Source: Eledone cirrhosa
Lineage: Eukaryota
Direction of reading: 5' to 3'
Assembly: GCA_964016885.1 (NCBI GenBank)
Contig: OZ024745.1
Coordinates: 4,836,001 to 4,900,000 of the forward strand
Length of the DNA: 64,000 bases
The position numbers were made by a program, and so were the translations under genes. Within the stretch, counting starts at the first letter, position 1, and each line of letters starts with the position of its first letter. Below are positions 26,417-39,474 of this stretch, in pieces. The notes under the pieces are model-generated. The model did not search any database and was not told the DNA's origin. It worked only from the letters and a program-made list of their open reading frames with translations.

Positions 26417-28684
26417 CTAAGGCAGGTAAAATTCCCGAGGTCCATGGACGAGTTCTCTCCAGCGGTCTCTATCCTTCATTATCGCTGCATCTCCCAGAAA
26501 CCAGTGTCTGTCCTTAGAGCATCAACATATGTTAACCTTAGTCTTCCTCTTCTAGTGTGTCCATGTAGGGGCTCCCACAGAAGCACAGAGTGCAGTGTCA
26601 ACTCTGAATGTTGAGGCTCCTGTACAGCTCTGAGTTCTTCATCCTCAGTGTATACTGATTAATCTTCAGAGCCATCCTCAGCATTCTCGTGTAGCACCCA
26701 TTCACCATCTGAGTGAGTTTCTTGGTCAGTGTTCAAATCTGAGACCCGTACAGCAGCAGAGACTCCACTGTAGCAACGAAGAGGTGGATCTTCAAGTCTT
26801 TATGAAGGTCCGAATTTCACACTGATCTCAAACTGTGGCACGCAACCCAGGCTTTGCTCTTCTTCTCCACCACATCATCCTCTGCGTTCCCAATCTTTGC
26901 TCCCAGATATAGGAAGTCCTCAACCAACTCTAGCAGCTTCCCGCCTACATTAGTAATCTTCTCTGGTTTCTTAATATTCTCTACCAGATACTTCATCTTA
27001 ATCTCATTCATTCTCATCCCCACACTCATCGATGCAGTCTCCACCTCCTGCATCAACTCCTCTGCCTCCTTCACTGTGTTTGTCACCAGAACTATGTTGT
27101 AAGAAAATTCAGCATTTGATATCTTTTTAGCCTTAACTCTCCTGCCCTGAGCCAGTGCTACAGTAAAGCCAGAGTCCTGGTGTTTCTCCAGTGCAAGGCG
27201 CATACAATAGTCCACTGCGATGATAAAAAGGTAGGGAGCAGTCCAGCCAGTATCTCAAAGAACTCCGTCATCCCATCAGGTGTAATGACTTGGGCTTTGG
27301 TGTTTGTGTAGAGCAGTGATATCAGGTCCACTATATTCTTGGGGATTTCATAAGCCTGTAAGATCTTCATCAGGCAGTGACGGTCCACAGAATCAAAGGC
27401 CTTCCTAAAGTCAATGAAAACCATGACAGCAGGCAGGCACTTTGCTCTAGCTCCCTCTAATATCTTCCTCAGCATCAGGATGTGACTGGTGGTTGATCTT
27501 CCCTCTCTGAAGCCGCTCTGGTTGTCCCTGAGCTTCTTCTTCATCTCGGGTTAGATTCTTTTAAGAATCATCCTTTGCTGCAAGTGACATCAGTGAGACC
27601 CCCTGTAGTTGTTGGTGTTAGAGAGATCTCCCTTCTTTGGCACTGGGACGATGTTACTGATCCTCCACTGATATGGGGCAACTCCTTTCTCCAGTGCCTA
27701 GGTACAGAACCCCAGGATGATATCATCAAAATCACACCTCTTCATCACCTCTGATGCCACTCCATATTCTCCATGGGCCTTGCCCTCCTTGATTTTCTTC
27801 TTGGCTCTCTGAAGCTCTCTCTGGTGAAGGGTCCTGTCTCAATATCCAGTTCTTCAAACAGCTGCCTGATCTCCCCAGTATTCTGGGCTGTGGAGGGTGG
27901 CTCTCCTAGTAGGGTCCTAAAATGGTCTAGCCATTTCCTTTTCCTATCCTCAGGCCCTGTTCCCTGGATCTGACTCGAACACCTTCTCTTCCTCCCTGTG
28001 GTCTCGTTGATGATCCTCCAGCTCTCCTTACATCCAGACCTGTCAACCACTCTCTCCCCACTTCTGATCTTCTCTATCAGCGCCTCCTCTCTGGCCTCAG
28101 TGTAAGTGGTACAGAGTTCTTCTTTCATCACCTCCACATTCTCCCTCCTCTCTTCCATAGGATCAACATAGAATTGGTCCTTGGCAGCTTTCAGGTGTTC
28201 TCTGGCTGCATACACTTTTGGGTCTACAGAGCTGACGTTCTTCCTCTTCCCTCTCTTTGGAACCAGGGCCTCATTTGCTTCCACCACTGCACTGGTGAAG
28301 TACCCATACCTCCTCGTCACACTCTCCTCAGCCCCTCCAATCTCTCTCTCTTCTGCCTCTCCACACAGAGCACTGAACCTGTTCCTCACTTCCACTGTGA
28401 ACCTCGCTTGTAGCTTATCATCTTCCTTCAAAGCTCCCCAGTCATAGATTTCTCACCCGGACCTCACTCATAACAAGCCGGTGGTCACTACCCAGTGTAC
28501 TGAAATAATTGTATGGTTCCATGTTCAGAACACTATTCTGCCACTTTTTCCTCACCAGAATAAAATCAATCTGGGACTTGGACAGGTGCATATCAGAGAT
28601 GTAGGTCCACATCTTCCCCAGATTCTTCCTAAACCTTAGGTTGGTTGCCATCAAGTTTGCCTCCAGCAGGGTGTCCCTCAGTAG
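26417..28684 (-). mobile_element. 5'-truncated, frameshifted copy of the TA-flanked RTE LINE at 43561-46860
   Basis: ORF pieces 28442-28702, 27745-28431, 27158-27544 and 26817-27215 are collinear with the 788-aa ORF; ends REFYLP* directly at (TA)n. Confidence 0.95.
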
Positions 28685-28995
28685 AACGTCTCCATGAACC
28701 ACCTAATAGAATATTAGTCTACGACTTCATTTATACCATAAACGTGGTTTTGTCTTTGTGTGTAATTGTTTTCACCGCTCCAAATAATGACGTATTCTTC
28801 GGTTTTTTCCGTTCTTTGCTAGGGAATGTTTCCACGAACCAAAGTATCGTCTTCCTGTCTTCCTTCGGCGGCAACGTTTTTTGAAATACTTACTTCTGCG
28901 TTCACAGATTGACTTTTTTAGTTGCAGAAGATCCCGTTAAGGGTGAAAGCAGTGATTCTTTGCTTAAACTTTAATCTGTTATTTTAATAAATATA

Positions 28996-29550
28996 TTGAG
29001 CATAAATGAATTGAGAGAGAGACTAAGCATAAGAGGAATCAAATGCTGTGTCCAGGAGAGGCGGTTGCGTTGGTATGGACATGTGATGCATATGAAGGAT
29101 GACAGCTGCATAAAAAGGTGCAGAGCACTAGAAGTCAATGGAAACCGCAGAGTGGGGAGACCCAAGAAGACCTGGGATGAGGTGATAAAAGCCGACCTTA
29201 CCCAATTACACCTCTCAAAGGTGATGACACACGATCGTGACCTCTGGCGTCACGCAGTAATACAGAGTACCCAAGCTCCCACGGGTACAAGCCGAAGCTG
29301 AAGCCTATAGACAATATGCCACCACCCCTCCCACTGAAAAGTGGCCGTGGAGGCGCAACGGCAAAAAAGCACCCAGCACTCACTGTAAATGAGGTTGGTG
29401 TTAGGAGGGCATCCAGCTGTAGAAATCAAGCCAGAATCAGTTCCTGTATGAGCAAGACAAGGTCAGCCGATCAGACGCTGCCCACAACAGGACAACCCGT
29501 CTAACCCATGCTAGCGTAGAAGAACGGACGTAAAACGGTGATGATGATGA
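28996..29550 (+). mobile_element. RTE LINE 3' fragment (family B) with extended 3' UTR and (GAT)n tail
   Basis: ORF RERLSIRGIKCCVQERRLRWYGHVM...GRPKKTW; UTR with ggagggcatccagctgtagaaa. Confidence 0.92.
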
Positions 29551-29681
29551 GGATATATATATATCCCAAACCCTTTAAATATTGGATTTTCATCTGTAGG
29601 CAACATGTTTTTGTTGTCTTATGACAACTAAATAATTTGTACATATTCATTTTTCATTTTTTTTCTTTTCTCTGACCCCAG

Positions 29682-29735
29682 CTTGCCAAATTTGATCAAG
29701 AAATGATTCGTCCATCATCAAATGATTTTATTTGG
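29682..29735 (+). CDS. CEP112: CEP112-like exon B: LAKFDQEMIRPSSNDFIW
   Basis: Long pyrimidine tract + cccag, donor gtaaga, phase 0 to 0, 54 bp. Confidence 0.8.
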
Positions 29736-29943
29736 GTAAGACCCTGTTTTATTTGAGAATTTTGTTATTTTCCTCCTTGCTGCACAAAATATGTATATTT
29801 TCTTTCTCATTCAACACCACAAACTGTTCTAAGAACAAGGGTTGTGCTGCTACAGTTAAGGCGCATCATCTAAGACATCCCCTCCCCGAAAATTGTTGGC
29901 CTTGTGCCTAAATCAGAAATAGTTATTTTATCATTAAAAACAG

Positions 29944-30150
29944 TGGCTGATTGGCTTGGCAGAGCATCGGACAACATGCTTTCAGGCATATAGTTACAAC
30001 CCTTTATGTTCTGAGTTCAAATCCTGCCAAAGTTAGCTTTGCTTTTTATCCTTATGGGGTCGATAAAATAAAGTACCAGCAATGAACTGGGGTTGAATTA
30101 ATTGACTCTGCCTCAAAATGTTGGATTTGTGCCTAAATCAGAAATCGTTA
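29944..30150 (+). mobile_element. MetaSINE-like SINE
   Basis: Same head/core/tail as 56637-56824. Confidence 0.8.
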
Positions 30151-30265
30151 TTATATTTTATGATTTTGGCAGTGAAACATCTTCATGTCAGTGAAACTAT
30201 TAAAATAAAAGATATTTATTGTTACTTTATCAGTAAAATGTTTCTCAAATGTTTATGTATGTGTA

Positions 30266-30463
30266 GGAGGGTCAGCTGAAGAGTTGATAGTTTCACCAAG
30301 ATACTCTCATGGAATGACCAAATAAGGTTTATTTTTCAACATAGTCCCTGGAAATAAACAATGTAGTTATTAATAAGAAGAGTTAAAATAAATGGATGCA
30401 AGATTTCACAGTTCTAGCATCACTCCTTCATAGTCAGCCTATGAACTTTTCAGCCTACCCTCA
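30266..30463. mobile_element. Mariner-type MITE
   Basis: Imperfect TIRs gagggtcagctgaagagttgatag / ctatgaacttttcagcctaccctc with TA on both sides. Confidence 0.7.
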
Positions 30464-31204
30464 TATAAATGAATTTAATTATTTTCTCTCTTTCCAATGA
30501 GAAATGAAGCTTTGTTCTTTAACTCTTGATCATCTAATTCTCATCTAATTCTCATAGTCAAATGAATAGTTTCTAGAAATACGTCCCAAACTAGGAAAGT
30601 TACTTGAAATAGACTGCTACCTAGGGGATAATTTATTGTTACCTGCTTAATTTAATTCAATATAATTATTATTACAGTGAAAAGATAAGCACCAGCTTTA
30701 TGGTTATTTATCATAAGATTAATTTTTAACATAATGAAGATTTTTCTAAAGTTTAGTTAAGTCTGGTTTATTTTATAAATGTCTGTGTTTATATTTACAC
30801 TTGTTAACTGGTATTGTCTCCCTTTATATCTTGTAACTTTGAAAAATAGAGATTGATTAAAAAAAAGTACCAGGCTAGAATAAATACTGAGGTTGATATG
30901 ATCAACTAAAAATATTTGGAGACAGTGCTCTAGCATGGCCATAGTCCAATGAATGAAACCACTTAAGGAATACAAGAATAAACATTATACTTTAGAACTG
31001 GAACATTTTACATGCATTAGACATATGTATATTGATAACAAGGAACTAATCTCTGTTATCAATGAAAAGAAGAAAAATGATTTGAAATTAAAATGCCTTG
31101 TAAAAAAAAAAACTAAAAAAAAATTATTTAGTTGGACAAATCTAGAAAAAAAAAATGATCTTTTATTTTAATGGAGTAATATTTGTGATTTTGGTGTTTT
31201 ATAG

Positions 31205-31319
31205 GCTCAGAATAAAACTCCAGATTGGGTAACAGATGAACTGTTAGGAAGTTCAGACAGTTGTAGTTCATTTCCTAGTTTAAACAGAATTCCCACCAAA
31301 ACAGAAGACGAGCCAGGAT
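31205..31319 (+). CDS. CEP112: CEP112-like exon C: AQNKTPDWVTDELLGSSDSCSSFPSLNRIPTKTEDEPG
   Basis: Acceptor ttttatag, donor gtaagt, phase 0 to 1; PDWVTDEL resembles remembered CEP112 PAWVLGEL. Confidence 0.82.
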
Positions 31320-31389
31320 GTAAGTTTGAAGAAAGGTTTGTTTTAATCAATGTCTCAAAGAAGACATTTTTCTTTTTTTTGTTATTATT

Positions 31390-31597
31390 ATTGTTAGCAG
31401 AATCGGACACCATGCTTCGCAACACAGAGTTACGCCCCTTTACATTCCGTGTTCAAATCCCGTCGAGGTTAGCTTTGCCTTTCATCCTTACTGGGTCGAT
31501 AAAATAAAGTACCAGTAATGCATTGGGATCGATTTAATCGACTTTCCCCATCTCCACAAATTGCTGGCCTTGTGCCTAAAGTAGAAGCAATTATTAT
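31390..31597 (+). mobile_element. MetaSINE-like SINE
   Basis: gttcaaatcccgtcgaggttagctttgcctttcatcc...gtcgataaaataaagtaccag. Confidence 0.8.
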
Positions 31598-31748
31598 CTT
31601 TACATGTACAAATTGTTGTAAAATAGGGACTGGAAGATTATCATCTACTAGTCCTACCCATGCTAGCTTGGACGTTAAACAATGATGATGGTGGTCTCAC
31701 CAACTTAAACTGAAAACTGGTTTAGCTTCAATTGAAATGGAAATTTCC

Positions 31749-32546
31749 TAACAAGTGAGGGAGAAGCTATTTTATTGTGCAATCCCTGTCACTAGCAAGT
31801 GAGGGAGAAGCTATTTTATTGTGCAATCCCCGTCACTAGCAAGTGAGGGAGAAGCTATTTTATTGTGCAATCCCTGTCACTAGCAAGTGAGGGAGAAGCT
31901 ATTTTATTGTGCAATCCCCGTCACTAGCAAGTGAGGGAGAAGCTATTTTATTGTGCAATCCCTGTCACTAGCACGTGAGGGAGAAGCTATTTTATTGTGC
32001 AATCCCTGTCACTAGCAAGTGAGGGAGAAGCTATTTTATTGTGCAATCCCTGTCACTAGCAAGTGAGGGAGAAGTTATTTTATTGTGCAATCCCTGTCAC
32101 TAGCAAGTGAGGGAGAAGTTATTTTATTGTGCAATCCCTGTCACTAGCAAGTGAGGGAGAAGCTATTTTATTGTGCAATCCCTGTCACTAGCAAGTGAGG
32201 GAGAAGTTATTTTATTGTGCAATCCCTGTCACTAGCAAGTGAGGGAGAAGTTATTTTATTGTGCAATCCCCGTCACTAGCAAGTGAGGGAGAAGCTATTT
32301 TATTGTGCAATCCCCGTCACTAGCAAGTGATGGAGAAGCTATTTTATTGTGCAATCCCTGTCACTAGCAAGTGAGGGAGAAGCTATTTTATTGTGCAATC
32401 CCTGTCACTAGCAAGTGAGGGAGAAGCTATTTTATTGTGCAATCCCTGTCACTAGCAAGTGAGGGAGAAGCTATTTTATTGTGCAATCCCTGTCACTAGC
32501 AAGTGAGGGAGAAGCTATTTTATTGTGCAATCCCTGTCACTAGCAA
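31749..32546. repeat. 44-bp minisatellite, ~18 copies (CTAGCAAGTGAGGGAGAAGCTATTTTATTGTGCAATCCCTGTCA)
   Basis: Period 44 (31792, 31836...). Confidence 0.97.
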
Positions 32547-32724
32547 GAATCTTATTGCTAAGCTATACAAATGACAAAATGACATTTGGTGTCACCACAT
32601 AACATCATTTAAAACATGTAGCCAGAACCATTCTACACATCACCAATGAGCCATAACTCTATGTCACAAAGCATGTTGTCTGATGCTCTACTGATTCTAC
32701 CACGCTACTGCCAACATAATGTCT

Positions 32725-33065
32725 AAAATAATTGTTTCTACTTTAGGCACAAGGCCAGCAATTTTGGAGGAGGGAAAAGTCGATTCAATCAACCCCAGTG
32801 CATTACTGGTTCTTTATTTTATTGACCCTGTAAGGATGAAAGACAAAGTTAACCTTGGCTGGAACTCAGAACGTAACTCTATGCCACAAAACATGTTATC
32901 GACACTGCCAATATGTCCGACACTCTACCGAGCCACTGATGTCTAAAATAATCGTTTCTACTTTTGGCACAAGGCCAGCAATTATCCCAGTGTATTACTG
33001 GTACTTTATTTTATCGACCCTGTAAGGATGAAAGGCAAAGTTAACCTCGGCGGGATTTGAACTCG
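32725..33065 (-). mobile_element. Two adjacent MetaSINE-like copies
   Basis: Reverse-complement core ctggtactttattttatcgaccc..ggatgaaaggcaaagttaacc occurs twice. Confidence 0.75.
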
Positions 33066-33779
33066 CTAATACCATACTGTTATTTACTGATAGTGTTATT
33101 GACAGTTTTATTTATTCTCAACTAACCTATTTAGGTTTTCATTCATATCATTTTCCTTTTTATATCATGTTACAAAAGTCAGTGTAAGCCCATAGCTATT
33201 AGCCTCAATGAGTATACAATCTTCGGTTTGATTAGTAACATCAAATTTGCTTCATCTTGTAAATCAGAGCTGTCTTTTAAGTAAAAAGCCATAAGAAAGT
33301 GACTAATGCCTCATTAAAGTTGGAGTCAATTTTACTTAAGACTCAATAATACTCTTCTTGTAAGCTTTTACAGGCAATTTCGTACTTTATGTCACCATTA
33401 CATTGAAGATTCTCCAATTATACAACTTCAGTGCCATTCATATTAATATTCTTGAATGTCTATTGAAGTGAATATTATTGAAAAATATGTAGAATTACAG
33501 TGAAGGAGAGGGAGCAAAAGATTTTTAAGTGAACTGACATCAAAGAAAAACCTAGGAAGACACTAATTTCACTCTAACTAAATGTTTCTAATAGCTGTAT
33601 TATAGTATTAGTATTATTAGTTGTATAGCTTATTGCTGATTTTATTCCTGATAGTTGTAAATTAGTCTAGGACAGTATTATTTAGTGACGTAGAGCAGCA
33701 GATGAGGAATTAGGAGGACAGGCGCAATAAGCTCAATTATGGAGATGTTTTCATATCAATAATGGTAGTAATGATATTA

Positions 33780-34028
33780 CACATAAACACACACACACAC
33801 ACATATATATATACACACACACACACAAATATACACACATACACACACACATATATACACACACACACATATATATATACACACACACACACAAATATAC
33901 ACACATACACACACATATATACACACACACACACATATATATATACACACACACATATACACACACACACACATACACACACACATATATATATACACAC
34001 ACACACACATATATACACACACACACAC

Positions 34029-34059
<31 letters not shown>

Positions 34060-34136
34060 TATATATACACACACACACACAAATATACACACACACACAC
34101 ACATATATACACACACACACACAAATATACACACAT

Positions 34137-34169
<33 letters not shown>

Positions 34170-35090
34170 CACACACACACACAAATATACACACATACAC
34201 ACACATATATACACACACACACACACATATATATATACACACACACATATACACACACATAAACACACACATATATATATACACACACACATATATACAC
34301 ATATATACACACACATATATACACACACACACAAATATACACACACACACATATATACACACACACACACACACACATACTCACAAAAACATACGCATAT
34401 ATATACATACACACACACATATACAAACACACATATATACGTACACACACACATATACATACACACACAAACATACACACACACATATATACATACACAC
34501 ACATATATATACACACACATATACATACACACACACACACACACATATATACATACACACACATATATATACACACACACATACATACACACACACACAC
34601 ATATACATACACACATACAAATGTACATACACAACTACATACACACAACTACATACACACACATATATACATACACACTCATGCACATACACACACAGAC
34701 GCGCACACACATACACACATACATACATACACACATACACACACAAACATTCACAAACACATACACACAAATATATATACACACACATACATACACACAC
34801 ACATGTGCATACACACACAAACATACACAAACACATACACACAAATATACATACACACACATGCACACACACACATACATACACACACACACATCTACAC
34901 ACACACACATACACAAACACATACACATGCACACACATACACAAACATACATACATACACAAAGATACACACACAAACATATATACACACATAAACATAC
35001 ATACACAAACACACACATACATACATACACAAACACACATACATGCACACATACATGCACACTTGAATACACAAGCTCACACACACAACT
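33780..35090. repeat. Compound (CA)/(TA) microsatellite
   Basis: Low-complexity dinucleotide tract. Confidence 0.97.
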
Positions 35091-35369
35091 AGCCAAACAG
35101 AGATCTAGAAATATAGAGCGAGAGGAAATACTTTAAAAACAATCCCCTTCACAACATTAGTGTTTATCACATTAGCTACAATAAAAGTAATGAAAAAATA
35201 CTTTATATTTATGTCAATGAGGCAGAGTGGTAAAGAGGTTAAGATGGTAGACTACTGCTAACATGGTCTGGAGTTCAAGCTTCTTACATCAATATTCTTG
35301 TACCCCATGGAAAGATACAATAATTTACCTGTCTTAATTTACCTGTCTGACAACAGTTTCTATTCATAC

Positions 35370-36350
35370 TCAGTACTAGACTTACCTATAGGCTAAATAA
35401 CCTACATCTGAGGGTCACACACCCTCACTATAGTCAGTACTAGACTTAAGTATAGGCTAAATAAGCTACATCTGAGGGTCACACACCCTCACTATAGTCA
35501 GTACTAGACTTAAGTATAGGCTAAATAAGCTACATCTGAGGGTCACACACCCTCACTATAGTCAGTACTAGACTTAAGTATAGGCTAAATAAGCTACATC
35601 TGAGGGTCACACACCCTCACTATAGTCAGTACTGGACTTACCTATAGGCTAAATAAGCTATATTTGAGGGTCACACACCCTCAGTATAGTCAGTACTGGA
35701 CTTACCTATAGGCTAAATAAGCTACATCTGAGGGTCACACAGTATAGTCAGTACTAGACTTACCTATAGGCTAAATAAGCTATATCTGAGGGCCACACAT
35801 CCTCAGTATAGTCAGTACTAGACTTACCTATAGGCTAAATAAGCTATATCTGAGGGCCACACATCCTCAGTATAGTCAGTACTAGACTTACCTATAGGCT
35901 AAATAAGCTATATCTGAGGGCCACACATCCTCAGTATAGTCAGTACTAGACTTACCTATAGGCTAAATAACCTACATCTGAGGGTCACACACCCTCACTA
36001 TAGTCAGTACTGGACTTACCTATAGGCTAAATAAGCTACATCTGAGGGTCACACACTATAGTCAGTACTAGACTTACCTATAGGCTAAATAAGCTACATC
36101 TGAGGGTCACACAGTATAGTCAGTACTAGACTTACCTATAGGCTAAATAAGCTACATCTGAGGGTCACACAGTATAGTCAGTACTAGACTTACCTATAGG
36201 CTAAATAAGCTACATCTGAGGGTCACACACTATAGTCAGTACTAGACTTACCTATAGGCTAAATAAGCTACATCTGAGGGTCACACACCCTCACTATAGT
36301 CAGTACTAGACTTAAGTATAGGCTAAATAACCTACATCTGAGGGTCACAT
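35370..36350. repeat. 64-bp minisatellite (58-bp deletion variants), ~15-16 copies
   Basis: Unit AGTCAGTACTAGACTTACCTATAGGCTAAATAAGCTACATCTGAGGGTCACACACCCTCACTAT; period 64 (35431, 35495). Confidence 0.96.
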
Positions 36351-36688
36351 ACTGTCAAACGCCTCGTTTTTTTCTTTTAAATATATTTTATTTTATCATT
36401 AGTTTTTATTCTTTAATGCTGAATCATCTCAAAAATTTATGTTCGTCACTCTGGTGGTTTTTAATCCCCTAACATTGAACACATATCTATGTGCTTCTCT
36501 CTATATGTTGAAATATAAAGAGCCCGGAATATGTATTCCTTGAGCTCCCTAAATTATAGGGGATTAATGTAAGTTTTTAACTCCGTTAATTAATTTGAAA
36601 TATATATATCTATATCTATATATATAGAGAGAGTTTAGCATGACACTCTATTTCACATTGCTCCAGTTTACTCAGCTGTAGAAATGAG

Positions 36689-36886
36689 ATGATAGGGACT
36701 GGGGTCCCTATCATTCCACTGTATAGTGGTCGTGGAGGTGCCACGGCAAAAAAGCACCCAGCACTCACTGTAAATGAGGTTGGTGTTAGAAAGGGCATCC
36801 AGCTGTAGAAATCAAGCCAGAATCAGTTCCCGTCCCACCCTTGCAAGCAGGGAAAACCGGACGTAAAATGATGATGATGATGATGA
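36689..36886 (+). mobile_element. Short non-autonomous retroposon: 5' hairpin + RTE family-B 3' UTR piece + (GAT)n tail (copy 1)
   Basis: Near-identical to 43009-43218 except for the hairpin loop. Confidence 0.8.
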
Positions 36887-36894
36887 TATATATA

Positions 36895-37265
36895 TCATCA
36901 TCATCATCATCATCATCACCATTTTATGTTTATTCTTCCATGCTAGCATGGGTTAGATGAGTTGTCCTATTGTGGGCAATACTAGATCAGGCAACCTTGT
37001 CTTGCTCATACGGGAACTGATTCTGGCTTGATTTCTACAGTTGGATACCCTTCCTAATGCCAACCTCATTTACAGTGAGTGCTGGGTGCTTTTTGTCGTG
37101 ACACCTTCATGACCACTTTGCAGTGGGAGGGGGTGGGGGCATATTGTCTATATGCTTCATCTTCAGCTTGTACTCGTGGGAAGTCGGGTCTTCTGTTTTA
37201 CTATATGATGCCAGAGGTCACAGTCCTGTGTCATTGCCTTTGAGAGGTGCAATTGGGTAAGGTCA
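36895..37265 (-). mobile_element. RTE LINE family-B 3' end
   Basis: Reverse complement of ~29190-29550. Confidence 0.88.
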
Positions 37266-37761
37266 TGAATTGGCGAAATAAAAAATAATTGTTTCTACGT
37301 TAGGCACAAGGCCAGCAAATACCCAGTGCATTACTGGTACTTTATTTTATCGACCCCTTAAGGATGAAAGGCAAAGTTAAAGGGATAAAAAATAATAAAA
37401 GGTTAAAATAAAAAGTAAAAGATAAAGAACTGGAGATAAAGAATAAAGAATAAGGATTCGAAGATAAAACATAATAGATAGGAATAAAAATCAGAGAATG
37501 GTAACTAGATAAATAAGGAATAAAAAGTAAAAGGGGCAGTGATAACATGGGTGATTAAGGTCAGGGTAGTTTGTTTTATCTTAATGGAGGTGATGTAACT
37601 ATAGGGAGAAAAGGAAAGAAAGGTTAAGGGACGACCCCCCCCCCCCCAGGTTGATTTAATGACCAGTTGGTCAGCTGACAGCTAATAACAGTGGAGCGGT
37701 GTAAAGTTGGTACATTTAAATCTGGGTGGTTTTGACTGAATACTGAGATCGCTAGATCGAA

Positions 37762-37915
37762 TTATGCCGGTCGCGGTTGGAAGTTGAAAAATTTTGTGGC
37801 TGCTTTGTGCCTACAGAAGATTGTTCGCTCTATCTTGTTATTAAGCAACATTTTATTGTATTTTAAAATATGGAGCAGCTCCATATTGCAGTGTCTGCAG
37901 TGGGACATTCCATTT
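37762..37915 (-). pseudogene. Penelope-like element GIY-YIG endonuclease C-terminal fragment; probable 3' UTR extends toward ~37380
   Basis: Manual translation NGMSHCRHCNMELLHILKYNKMLLNNKIERTIFCRHK fits the PLE motif C..C..E...I......LN.+.E....CRH. Confidence 0.65.
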
Positions 37916-38850
37916 ATATATATATATATATCCTGACTCTTTTCCTATATATATATAGGAAAAGAGTTAGGACCCCGACGGCAGAGCTCAAGCCGTTTCA
38001 ACAGCTATTTCTGGACTAAATTAAATTTTTAGGTGGTGTTGATTCCATATATGGGCATGCGATAGTCAGGCATTTCTGAAGGTTGTAGTTATCAAAAGGA
38101 GTGGTCGAAGTTCTTTGTGAACACAGTTAAATCTTTCATGGCGGCGGGTAGGGGTGGGGGTGGCTGAACTTAACTGTAGAACAAAGAGGGAGTGGGTGCC
38201 AGTCAAACGTTAAAAGTAAATTCTATACAGCTATTTCTAAAGAGTGTGGATAAAGTAGGCTAGCTAGAAAGCTGGCGAAAATAGAATTGTACAGGAATCT
38301 GAAAGATGGGAAATTATAAAATAAAAGAACTAGAGTCTAAAACAAGAAAACCGGGATTAATAAAATACATGTATTTTTCCATGCTATCATGGGTTAGACA
38401 AGTTATCCCATTGTGAGATAGGTCAGGTCAGGTGACCATGTCCTGCTCACACAAAAATGGTTCTGGCTTGGTTTCTACAGCTGGATACCCTTCCTAGCAT
38501 CAGTCTCATTTACAGTGAGTACTGAGTACATGCATGCATGTATGGTCCCATAACTTCTGATGGCGTTGTAGGGGCACTGTATTGACATATGACATTTCTG
38601 GGGCATTTTTTAAACCTGGCAGAGCCCCTCCCTCTCCAGGCCTGAGTACAGCAGATTTCTTCCAGAGAAAGACAAAAGTGAGAGAGATAATAAGAAAGAG
38701 ATATAGAGGAAGAAATGACCCCAGTACTAAACTGGTATTTTTTTTATTGACCTTGAAAGGATGAGAGGCAAAGTTGAGTTTAAATAACCACCAAATTAAA
38801 TTAAATCCTTCTGTCTTTTGTTATATTAATACAATACACAGGCAGTGTTG

Positions 38851-38962
38851 AGTAAATTATATAATCTATTATTAGAACAGCCTGGGGGGTAAATTATATA
38901 ATCTATTATTAGAACAGCCTGGGGGGTAAATTATATAATCTATTATTAGAACAGCCTGGGGG
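38851..38962. repeat. 3 x 37-bp tandem repeat (GTAAATTATATAATCTATTATTAGAACAGCCTGGGGG)
   Basis: Direct repeats visible. Confidence 0.85.
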
Positions 38963-39355
38963 CAGTGGTTTGGTTGAATTGGTAGAACTGTGGAAAGAAA
39001 TGCTTTGCAGTATTTTTTTTCATCTCTTTTTATGTCTTGATTTTAAATGTTGCTGATGTCAACTTTACCTTTCATCCTCCTGAGGTCCATAAAATAAAGT
39101 ACCAGTAACGTACTGGGCTCAATATAATCGAATTTCCCCTTCCCCATTGTTGGCTTTCTACCTCAATCAGAAATCATTACTTGATTATTATGAAGGCAAT
39201 GGATTTACCATACTCTCAGCTCAAATCCCGCTCAAGTCAACTTTGCCTTTCATCATTTCTGGCTTGATAAAATAAAGTACCAGTCAAGTACTGGGGGTTG
39301 ATTTCAACAATTTTTCCATTTGCTTAAATTTCCTGGTCTTATGCCTAAATTCGAA
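38960..39355 (+). mobile_element. Two tandem MetaSINE-like copies
   Basis: Core caactttgcctttcatc...ataaaataaagtaccag at ~39060 and ~39240. Confidence 0.72.
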
Positions 39356-39474
39356 ACTTTCATAGAAGCATTGTACATAGTTACTAAGTCCAGTTAACAA
39401 CAGAGTTTATTTCTCTTTATATATCATTAGTTTTTATTGCACTTTCCGACTATCTCTGCTTTGTGTTTAGTCAG

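Noticed and set aside
35420-35433. ACCCTCACTATAG resembling T3/T7 phage promoters
   Set aside because: Partial match only and an integral part of the 64-bp monomer; not vector sequence
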